Source: Coprobacillaceae bacterium (GTDB lineage Bacteria; Bacillota_I; Bacilli_A; Erysipelotrichales; Coprobacillaceae). Taken from it: DNA of 23,611 bases. Positions 1 through 6,320 of this stretch are shown here, one piece after another; within the stretch, counting starts at the first letter, position 1; each line of letters opens with the position of its first letter. The notes beneath the pieces are model-generated. The model was not told the origin of the DNA, made no database searches, and saw only the letters and a program-made list of their open reading frames with translations. The position numbers were made by a program, and so were the translations under genes. The stretch covers positions 1-23,611 of the forward strand of contig JBKEBJ010000327.1 in assembly GCA_047973105.1 (NCBI GenBank), written 5' to 3'.

Positions 1-407
1 GGTTCATGATCTAAGAAATCAATCATTCCAACACGTTTTGCGAATTTCTCAATCAATGCATCCATCTCAGTTGGCTTTATACACATATTTTCTAAGCCAA
101 AAGCGATATCGTCACGAACTGTAGCGCCAATAAATTGATTGTCAGGATTTTGAAATACAATACCTATGTGCTCTCTAATTGCATATAGACTATCTATATT
201 TAATTCTTTATCTGCAACTACAATTTTGCCTTCTTTTTTGTCTAACAAACCAATTAGTAACTTAGCAATTGTACTTTTTCCACTACCATTGTGTCCAAGA
301 ATAGTAACATATTGACCTTTTTGGATAGTAAATGAAATATGATTGATTGTTTCTTGTTCTTCATCATACGCGAATGATACATCCTCTACTTTTATTATAT
401 CTTTCAT
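1..407 (-). CDS. ecfA: Energy-coupling factor (ECF) transporter ATP-binding protein EcfA, 3'-truncated by the window edge
   Basis: The reverse-complement translation begins MKDIIKVEDVSFAYDEEQETINHISFTIQKGQYVTILGHNGSGKSTIAKLL, which has an ABC Walker A motif (GHNGSGKST). A GGAGG RBS lies 7 nt upstream of the ATG at 407. The ORF runs off the window start. In Bacillus-type genomes ecfA normally follows rplQ. Confidence 0.8.
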   Translation of the reverse strand, partial: MKDIIKVEDVSFAYDEEQETINHISFTIQKGQYVTILGHNGSGKSTIAKLLIGLLDKKEGKIVVADKELNIDSLYAIREHIGIVFQNPDNQFIGATVRDDIAFGLENMCIKPTEMDALIEKFAKRVGMIDFLDHE

Positions 408-433
408 ACTTCTACCTCCATTCATACCACAAT

Positions 434-462
434 ATTTTAGTATTATTAATCTTACATGTCAA
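434..462 (-). promoter_or_regulatory. Sigma-A-like promoter for ecfA: TTGACA, 17-nt spacer, TAAAAT
   Basis: On the minus strand the -35 TTGACA maps to plus-strand tgtcaa at 457-462. The -10 TAAAAT maps to plus-strand atttta at 434-439, giving a 17-nt spacer. The element sits about 27 nt upstream of the ecfA ATG. Confidence 0.45.
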
Positions 463-509
463 CCAATGTAAAAGAATATCTAGAAATACTTCCTATATTA
501 GAAATAGGT

Positions 510-526
510 ATGATATACTGTATCAT
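510..526 (+). promoter_or_regulatory. Extended -10 (TGaTATACT, 511-519) overlapped by a perfect 6-5-6 palindrome ATGATA-tactg-TATCAT: candidate promoter and operator of the NUDIX/pentapeptide-repeat operon
   Basis: Both elements are read directly from the sequence. A GGGGGAA Shine-Dalgarno follows at 533-539 and the ATG is at 545. Confidence 0.35.
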
Positions 527-544
527 AGAATTGGGGGAATAATT

Positions 545-982
545 ATGTCGGAAACTAATAATGCATTAACATTAAAATTTTATAATACTGTTATAGATGA
601 CTTTCTACTATTCGCTGTTATCATAGCGAAATTTGATAATAAATGGCTCTTATGTAAACATAGAAATAGAAACACCTTTGAATTCCCTGGTGGAAAAAGA
701 GAAAAGAGTGAAAGTATTATAGACACTGCTAAAAGGGAACTACATGAAGAAACTGGTGCTATTACATACAAACTAGAACCATTCATGCCTTATTCTATTA
801 CTGAACGTGGGGTTCAATCTTTCGGAATGATTTATTATGCGAATATTGAAAAAATGAATTCTTTACCAGCTTCTGAAATAGAAAGCATTGTTTTAGTTGA
901 AGATATTTCTGATATAGAAAAATGGACATATCCTACAATAATGCCATTAATGTTTGAAGAATATAAGAAGGCTAAATTATGA
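545..982 (+). CDS. NUDIX hydrolase (MutT-like), 145 aa
   Basis: The Nudix box is FPGGKREKSESIIDTAKRELHEETGA, matching GX5EX7REUXEEXGU. A GGGGGAA Shine-Dalgarno lies 6 nt upstream of the ATG at 545. The tracked ORF from 347 would overlap ecfA and has no RBS. Confidence 0.8.
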   Translation: MSETNNALTLKFYNTVIDDFLLFAVIIAKFDNKWLLCKHRNRNTFEFPGGKREKSESIIDTAKRELHEETGAITYKLEPFMPYSITERGVQSFGMIYYANIEKMNSLPASEIESIVLVEDISDIEKWTYPTIMPLMFEEYKKAKL

Positions 983-1557
983 AAATCTATGAAGAGAAAG
1001 AATTTAAAGATATTATAAAAAAAGCTGATTATATTAATGATATTGAGTTTCATGATTGCATATTTGTGAATTGTAATATTCAAGAAAACAATATTAGTGA
1101 TTGTCTTTTCAAACAATGTACTTTTAAAAATTGTACTATTATTAATAATGATTTTAGTCTTACTTACCTATCAGAAAATGATTTTGAGGATTGTACTATT
1201 ATAGGTGTAAGCTGGGCAGAACTAGTAAATAATAATCATTTATTTAGTCCTATCAATTCCATTAGTAATTGCGTATTAAGATATAATGATTTCTATGAGA
1301 TGAAACTTACTGACCTTGATTTTAGTAATTGTGACTTTACTGGTAGTATATTCGAAAGTTGTAATTTCACAAAGACTTCTTTTAAGAAAAGTGAATTCAA
1401 AGAATCTACATTCACTAGTAATAATCTTTCATTAGCTGACTTTAGGCAAGCAAAGAATTACTTTATTGATCCTAGCCATAATATTATTAAGCAAGCAAAA
1501 TTCACATACCCTGATGTTCTAAATCTATTAGCATCGTTTAATTTAGAAATAGAATAA
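979..1557 (+). CDS. Pentapeptide-repeat protein, Qnr/MfpA-like, 192 aa
   Basis: Tandem A(D/N)LXX-type pentapeptides such as DCIFVNCNIQENNISDCLFKQCTFKNCTI are interrupted by a loop (GVSWAELVNNNHLFSPINSIS), as in Qnr proteins. The start overlaps the NUDIX stop in an ATGA arrangement. Confidence 0.7.
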   Translation: MKIYEEKEFKDIIKKADYINDIEFHDCIFVNCNIQENNISDCLFKQCTFKNCTIINNDFSLTYLSENDFEDCTIIGVSWAELVNNNHLFSPINSISNCVLRYNDFYEMKLTDLDFSNCDFTGSIFESCNFTKTSFKKSEFKESTFTSNNLSLADFRQAKNYFIDPSHNIIKQAKFTYPDVLNLLASFNLEIE

Positions 1558-1570
1558 TGGGCGAAGTAAA

Positions 1571-1600
1571 AGCGAACAGCATTTGTTCGCTTTTTTATTG
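1571..1600. terminator. Rho-independent terminator, strong on the plus strand: stem AGCGAACA/TGTTCGCT, loop GCATT, followed by TTTTTTATT
   Basis: An 8-bp perfect stem at 1571-1578 and 1584-1591 is followed by a T-tract. It sits directly after the pentapeptide-repeat gene. On the minus strand it can act as a weaker terminator after the rubredoxin gene. Confidence 0.65.
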
Positions 1601-1602
1601 GC

Positions 1603-1725
1603 TTATTCTTCTACTAATTCAAATAAGTCTTTACCTACTCCACATAGTGGACACATGTAATCATCAGGTTCATTGGCTAAATCACCTTCATAGATAAATC
1701 CACAAACTGTACATCTAAATTTCAT
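1603..1725 (-). CDS. Short rubredoxin (40 aa), absent from the ORF track
   Basis: The translation is [40 protein letters not shown]. It has both rubredoxin CxxCG knuckles (CTVCG and CPLCG) and the conserved FIY and GVGKD elements. An AGGAGG RBS lies 8 nt upstream of the ATG. Confidence 0.6.
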   Translation of the reverse strand: MKFRCTVCGFIYEGDLANEPDDYMCPLCGVGKDLFELVEE

Positions 1726-1811
1726 AGTCATTTCCTCCTTTTATACTATCAGTATACACTATATTATAGACTAATTAGGGGAAATGTTACAAATTATATG
1801 TACTATATTTT

Positions 1812-2357
1812 TTATTTCATTATTTCTCTTCTAAATTTAATCATACCTACTATTGAAATTATAGAACCTAACATATAAAGCCCAACTATTTGACTGTCTC
1901 CTGTATTAACGGTTGTCTTTTTATTAGTAAGTTCAGATGATGTTATAGTAGTATTCCTATCAATAGTAAATTTATGTTCATCATTTTGATATTTACCCAT
2001 TGAATACCAACTAACAGTTAGAATATGTTCACCGTTACTTAATGTATTTAAGTAGTGTGATTCCAATTTTATTATCATTTTATCATTTACGTACTCACAT
2101 GTCCCAACTAATGTATTATATTGATTATCTGCATATATTCCAATATATAGATTACCCTCTGCATCTCTTGCTAGAATAGAACCATTAAAATATATTGTCA
2201 TTAATTCTCCTTTATGATTAAAATCTTTATAAGTTATACAAAAGGTTTCACCATAACCTGAAATCATATCATTATTTATTGTGTATGAAAAACTAGGGTC
2301 TTCAATTATTTCAAAATTTATTATTGCGACTAATTGGTCTTCATCCTTAATTTCCAT
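1812..2357 (-). CDS. C-terminal fragment of a surface-anchored protein paralogous to the 4748-5863 gene; the reading frame is open upstream to 2516 with no start codon
   Basis: It has no signal peptide. It ends with KTTVNTGDSQIVGLYMLGSIISIVGMIKFRREIMK, a motif followed by a transmembrane segment and a basic tail. YLNTLSNGEHILTVSWYSMGK aligns to YIDTLENGSHAVLITAFWHGR of the 383-aa protein. Confidence 0.55.
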   Translation of the reverse strand: MEIKDEDQLVAIINFEIIEDPSFSYTINNDMISGYGETFCITYKDFNHKGELMTIYFNGSILARDAEGNLYIGIYADNQYNTLVGTCEYVNDKMIIKLESHYLNTLSNGEHILTVSWYSMGKYQNDEHKFTIDRNTTITSSELTNKKTTVNTGDSQIVGLYMLGSIISIVGMIKFRREIMK

Positions 2358-2500
2358 ATAAAATTTCTTTCCTATTTCTTCATCACCAGTAATTATAGCA
2401 AATGTATCTGGAGCTATTGTTGATAATGTTGTTCCCTTAATTTCAACATTTAAACTATATGAAGCTACATCCGTAAATACTTTAGTATTACTATAATTTT

Positions 2501-2902
2501 CTAATCTAAATACATACTACCATTTTTTACTAATGATATATTTTCTTCTGGTATATCCACATTAATTTCTAATACTCCTTTAGTATTGTTAAATTCATAG
2601 GGAATTAATATATTGTCCTTTTGATTTAATACTATATAATCTTCTAATTGAACTATGTTAGATGTAATGTGAATTTCTGAATGTATTTGATCCATCCCAT
2701 CAATTTGCATTGTATTGGCTGCTATCTCAATCTCGACATCACTTTTATTTATAATAGTTACATGCATATTTCCAAAATCATCTTTAGTTACATAATATAC
2801 TAATGGATCATTGCTTTCTTCTGCATGTGCTATATTCGTAGTAAAGCACACACCTATTGTTATACTTAGAATCATTATAACTTTTATAATTTTCTTTTTC
2901 AT
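2501..2902 (-). CDS. N-terminal fragment (signal peptide plus first domain) of the same paralogue, ending at TAG 2501
   Basis: The signal peptide is MKKKIIKVIMILSITIGVCFTTNIAHA, with a GGGGGA Shine-Dalgarno 9 nt upstream of the ATG at 2902. The domain (VTIINKSDVEIEIAANTMQIDGMDQIHSEIHIT...IPYEFNNTKGVLEINVDIPEE) matches the N-domain of the 383-aa protein. The frame then stops, and the downstream frame opens 15 nt before the stop. Confidence 0.55.
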   Translation of the reverse strand: MKKKIIKVIMILSITIGVCFTTNIAHAEESNDPLVYYVTKDDFGNMHVTIINKSDVEIEIAANTMQIDGMDQIHSEIHITSNIVQLEDYIVLNQKDNILIPYEFNNTKGVLEINVDIPEENISLVKNGSMYLD

Positions 2903-2951
2903 TTTTCTGTCCCCCTTATTCTTTATTATTCTGTCTATCTTCATGATACAG

Positions 2952-4109
2952 TTATTTTATAGTTGCTTCTAATACTGGTACTGTATACTCTACTGTTTCC
3001 CCAGTATCATATTCATATGATTTTACCACTTCTACAACATTGAAAGTCACGGTTTTTTCATGAATAGTTCCATTTTTATAGACTATTTGAATTGTAAGTG
3101 TAGTTTCTTCAGAAATAGCTTTTGCTAATCCTTTATTTGATAGTACTGACTGTTCTGATGCTAATTCATAGAATTGTTCTACGGAAGTTAAGTAGTCCAT
3201 ATTTTCTAATATTTTTGTTATGAATAAAGTATATTTTTCGCTTTGCTCATCTTTAGGCACTTGTATACTTGTTGACCTCTCTATTATATCCCAGAACATA
3301 TATTCCCATGTCCCATCATAGAATCTTTTATCTTCCTCTTCTGTCGCTCCTTCAGGAGCTTGTGGCATATCAATACGAGGTATACTATTTGCAAGTTCTA
3401 TAAACTCCTCCAACGTAAGAGCGGTTGCTTTTTTCTCTGTATAACCAATGCTATCAAGATAGCATTGTCTATCTTCCATGGAATAATCTTCAAAAAGTTT
3501 TGAAGTATAGTACTCTTCTTTTATGTCATAAGGGTTAATTGGATTAAGTTCTCCAGAAACTGCACGATATATCTTTGCATTACCTTTACTATCATTAAGT
3601 GTATATATTACTTTTTCAATATTTTCTCCTTGAATATTTATATCCATTTTATATCCTAAAGAATATACCCTATTATTTCTTAGTACATTCCCCTTATAAT
3701 CTGTATATGTTTCTGTTGTATTATTCAAATAGTATGGGAAATGATACCCTATATTATTTTCAGAATCTGTATCCCATGTTATCTTCACTTCACTATCTAA
3801 ACTTGCTTCTGTTTTATTTGCGGTGATAGTTCCATCAAAATATGTTGTATCAATTATATCAGGTTTATCCTTTTCTTTTGGAAACTCCACCCTTTTTAAT
3901 AGTATTTGTGATTTCACACCTACGTTTTCTGTTCCATTTGTCTGCATATATACAATACTAATAATTAGGGCTAGGCAAGTTGGAACTAAGATGAATTTAT
4001 ACTTTTTGTTTCTTCTCTTTTTTTCTATTTTTGCAAGTATTCGAGCATGATTAAACTCTTCATCATATTCGTTCGATATCACTTTCTTTACTATTTCTTG
4101 TGATTTCAT
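2952..4109 (-). CDS. Single-pass membrane protein with anti-sigma-factor topology: about 38 aa cytoplasmic, one transmembrane helix, about 330 aa extracytoplasmic
   Basis: The start (ATG 4109, AAAGGGGGAA RBS) overlaps the 3' end of the sigma-factor gene by 46 nt. The N-terminus is MKSQEIVKKVISNEYDEEFNHARILAKIEKKRRNKKYKF, followed by the transmembrane segment ILVPTCLALIISIVYM. The large C-terminal domain has no family I can name. Confidence 0.5.
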   Translation of the reverse strand: MKSQEIVKKVISNEYDEEFNHARILAKIEKKRRNKKYKFILVPTCLALIISIVYMQTNGTENVGVKSQILLKRVEFPKEKDKPDIIDTTYFDGTITANKTEASLDSEVKITWDTDSENNIGYHFPYYLNNTTETYTDYKGNVLRNNRVYSLGYKMDINIQGENIEKVIYTLNDSKGNAKIYRAVSGELNPINPYDIKEEYYTSKLFEDYSMEDRQCYLDSIGYTEKKATALTLEEFIELANSIPRIDMPQAPEGATEEEDKRFYDGTWEYMFWDIIERSTSIQVPKDEQSEKYTLFITKILENMDYLTSVEQFYELASEQSVLSNKGLAKAISEETTLTIQIVYKNGTIHEKTVTFNVVEVVKSYEYDTGETVEYTVPVLEATIK

Positions 4110-4650
4110 TTGAGTATTCCCCCTTTCCATACATTCCCCTCAATTCCTTGATTGTGCGATAAAGGCAATTTTTAACAGATGACTCTGTCATCTCTAATTC
4201 TATTGAAATTTCTTTTATAGTTAAATCCATGAAATAGTGTAATGCAAATATTCTAGGAACATCTGCCTTTTTAGTTTTTAAATAGTCCCAAATATCTTTA
4301 CACTGACTTTCAGTAATAATTAATCCTTCAATGTCTAAATCAGAGGAAAAACTATCTATTAACTCCGTACCTTCCTTATTTTTTGAAAATAGAGAAATAG
4401 ATTTGATTTTTGATGCTAGTGTATAATGCTTTTTCATTTTATTATTAGCTATTTGAATAATATATTCCTTAATATTGTTATTCTCCAGATTTTTTTTTGT
4501 TAGTATTTTATACAATTGAAAATACGTATCTTGAATGATATCATTTACATCATTAAAATCCGAGTATTTACATATAACAAATTTTAATATATCTTGATAT
4601 GTTTGATGATATATCTCATCAAAGTCATCTAGTGTCAATATCGCCCCCAT
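4063..4650 (-). CDS. ECF-type sigma-70 family RNA polymerase sigma factor (~195 aa)
   Basis: Region 2.2-like DIIQDTYFQLYK and a region-4 helix-turn-helix VPRIFALHYFMDLTIKEISIELEMTESSVKNCLYRTIKELR are present. The first ATG (4650) has a GGGAG Shine-Dalgarno. The tracked start at 4713 is a TTG with no RBS. Confidence 0.75.
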   Translation of the reverse strand: MGAILTLDDFDEIYHQTYQDILKFVICKYSDFNDVNDIIQDTYFQLYKILTKKNLENNNIKEYIIQIANNKMKKHYTLASKIKSISLFSKNKEGTELIDSFSSDLDIEGLIITESQCKDIWDYLKTKKADVPRIFALHYFMDLTIKEISIELEMTESSVKNCLYRTIKELRGMYGKGEYSNEITRNSKESDIERI

Positions 4651-4747
4651 AGTACCACTTCTCCCTTCATTCACTAACCTTCTTTCCTTAAAATTGGCCT
4701 TGTATAAAAGCAATCAATAACATTTAAATTAACTGCTTTATATATAA

Positions 4748-5863
4748 TTACACTTTCTGACTTCTTTTTGATACTATTGTAAATAATGTTACTGATACAG
4801 ATACTAATAATACATTTATTCCAATAAGAGATATATCACTTGTTTCTACTACTGTTTTTCTTACAATATCTCTTTGTACTTTAAATTCACTTTCAAGTGT
4901 ATCATGTCTTCCATGCCAGAACGCAGTTATTAAAACCGCATGACTACCATTTTCTAATGTATCTATATATTCTTTGTACAAAACTAATATTGTTCCACCT
5001 TCACCATTATCTCTTATTTCTCCAATTGTTGTTTCGTTATTGTCTTGCCCAAAATTACTTAAATATTTAATCAAATTGTTGTCGCTCAATGTAGGTCCTA
5101 TTTGTTGATCATCAATCCAAAGATCTATTATACTTTTAAAATCCATATTACTATATTCTATTTCTAATCCAATACCATAATCAACAATTTTATTGGTACT
5201 AATATTTTGGTTATAATTCTTTGGTTCCATTATTTGTATTGTCATTTTCGCAACTAGATTACTATCTATTTTTGAGAATACATCTACCTCAATATAATCA
5301 CTCTTCTCATATTCTCCTACAACTAGAAGTGATTCCGATCTGATATAAGAATCACTTGTATTACTGGTAATTACATACTTTACATCTTTAAGTTCAAATT
5401 TTGCATCTTCATAGTCAGAAGCACTATATAAAGACATCCACCCACCTCTTGCGACTTGCCTTGTTAAATTTAATACTTCTAGCTCTGTAGATTCAACTGG
5501 TCTAACATACTCAAATTCTAATAACCCCTTATTATACCCATCATGATATGAGATGCTAACACTTCCAATATCTGCTAAATCTAAATAGTCTTCTAATAAA
5601 AAGTACCCATTATCTTGCTTAGGATTAACAATTATTTCTGGATGAATACTTGTTTTTCCATCCACCTCTATACTGTTTTCTGCAATAGTAATATGAAATG
5701 CGCAGTAATTAATAATTTTTATTGATACGCTTTCTTTTCCTCTCGATACTTCTGATATTAATGAAGACGTATCTATATATTCAGCACTTATTTGGTATGG
5801 TGGTATTATAAAAACCCCTAATAATACAAATGTTAATATGATTTTTCCAAGTTTCTTTTTCAT
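4748..5863 (-). CDS. Secreted protein with a C-terminal transmembrane anchor; the intact paralogue of the split 1812-2944 gene
   Basis: The signal peptide MKKKLGKIILTFVLLGVFIIPPYQISA has an AAAGGA Shine-Dalgarno upstream of the ATG at 5863. The C-terminus is KTVVETSDISLIGINVLLVSVSVTLFTIVSKRSQKV. Its N- and C-terminal domains align to the two fragments at 2501-2902 and 1812-2516. Confidence 0.7.
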   Translation of the reverse strand: MKKKLGKIILTFVLLGVFIIPPYQISAEYIDTSSLISEVSRGKESVSIKIINYCAFHITIAENSIEVDGKTSIHPEIIVNPKQDNGYFLLEDYLDLADIGSVSISYHDGYNKGLLEFEYVRPVESTELEVLNLTRQVARGGWMSLYSASDYEDAKFELKDVKYVITSNTSDSYIRSESLLVVGEYEKSDYIEVDVFSKIDSNLVAKMTIQIMEPKNYNQNISTNKIVDYGIGLEIEYSNMDFKSIIDLWIDDQQIGPTLSDNNLIKYLSNFGQDNNETTIGEIRDNGEGGTILVLYKEYIDTLENGSHAVLITAFWHGRHDTLESEFKVQRDIVRKTVVETSDISLIGINVLLVSVSVTLFTIVSKRSQKV

Positions 5864-6127
5864 CTTTCTTTTATCCTTTCTTATTAAATTTATTAGCATT
5901 TGATAAAATAGCTTACGCTATTTCTCTCCCATTCTCCACCAGTTTTGTATTAGCTTAGTAATATAAGTTTTCACCTAATAAACTAGTGTAGAAACACTTC
6001 AAAAAAATATACAATTTCTTACTACATACTATTTTCATATACATTAAACTATAATTGCTTACTTCTTTTCATATTCGAAACATTTCTACACCTTCCCTCT
6101 TTTTAAAAGTACCATACTTATAATTTA

Positions 6128-6155
6128 AATATATCATTAATATATTCATTGTCAA
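6128..6155 (-). promoter_or_regulatory. Sigma-A-like promoter: TTGACA, 16-nt spacer, TATATT, about 265 nt upstream of the 5863 start
   Basis: A perfect -35 (plus-strand tgtcaa at 6150-6155) pairs with a 5/6 -10 at 6128-6133. The 5' UTR would be long. Confidence 0.3.
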
Positions 6156-6216
6156 TAAAAATGTGATAAATTATCATTTATTATAAAACAATTTCTTATA
6201 ATAGCACCTCTACATA

Positions 6217-6262
6217 CACTAAGCCCTAGTTGTATTCAAAAAGTTTCAAAATATTGATTATT
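6217..6262 (-). promoter_or_regulatory. Copy 1 of a conserved bipartite motif (minus strand TATTTTGAAACTTT-N11-TAGGGCTTAGTG); candidate ECF-sigma promoter or operator
   Basis: It is near-identical to 21927-21973, with the same 11-nt spacing between two conserved blocks and a divergent spacer. It lies between the rplQ terminator and the sigma-factor block. Confidence 0.45.
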
Positions 6263-6284
6263 AATTTATTTATTAAGCACAAAA

Positions 6285-6314
6285 AAACATACCCTAATTT
6301 ATAGAGTATGTTTA
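6285..6314 (-). terminator. AT-rich hairpin with T-tract immediately after rplQ; weak candidate terminator
   Basis: Stem AAACATAC/GTATGTTT (6285-6292 and 6307-6314) has a 14-nt loop. On the minus strand it is followed by TTTTTTTGTG. Confidence 0.3.
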
Positions 6315-6320
6315 CATATA

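Noticed and set aside
347-544. Long N-terminal extension of the NUDIX ORF as listed in the track (start at 347)
   Set aside because: It would overlap the 5' end of ecfA on the other strand and has no RBS. The ATG at 545 has a GGGGGAA Shine-Dalgarno and gives a normal-sized NUDIX protein.
580-1116. Minus-strand ORFs 580-786 and 835-1116
   Set aside because: They are antisense to the well-supported NUDIX and pentapeptide-repeat genes. They are low-complexity with no RBS, and are typical AT-rich spurious frames.
1741-1811. Separate sigma-A promoter for the rubredoxin gene (TTGTAA ... TATAAT on the minus strand)
   Set aside because: The -10 is good, but the spacer is 19 nt and the -35 is weak. 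Read-through from the upstream operon is equally plausible, so it is not listed as a feature.
2495-2530. Programmed -1 ribosomal frameshift joining the two paralogue fragments
   Set aside because: There is no slippery heptamer (X XXY YYZ) or downstream pseudoknot at the junction. A mutational or sequencing indel near the A6 run is the simpler explanation. It is kept as a finding but not as programmed recoding.
3599-4050. Plus-strand ORFs 3599-3826 and 3823-4050
   Set aside because: They are antisense within the anti-sigma-like gene. Their Y/F/L-rich products are typical of the reverse frame of AT-rich coding sequence.
4651-4713. Upstream TTG, GTG or ATG starts offered by the ORF track for the sigma factor (4713), rpoA (7673), rpsC (17337), the vanW-like gene (21892), the 383-aa protein (5899) and the 147-aa fragment (2944)
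   Set aside because: In each case a downstream ATG with a proper Shine-Dalgarno gives the canonical N-terminus. The longer forms lack an RBS or overlap the upstream gene.
6217-6262. The 46-nt repeat as a MITE or REP-like dispersed element, or as a terminator
   Set aside because: The internal pattern of two invariant boxes with a diverged fixed-length spacer fits a protein-binding site better. It has no terminal inverted repeats or hairpin. Both copies sit 50-350 nt upstream of co-oriented genes.
408-6320. The accessory block as a bona fide mobile element, genomic island or prophage remnant
   Set aside because: No integrase, transposase, tRNA target, inverted terminal repeats or flanking direct repeats were seen. 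The only repeat, the 46-nt motif, has its second copy 15 kb away in a promoter position. It is treated as a variable chromosomal region.
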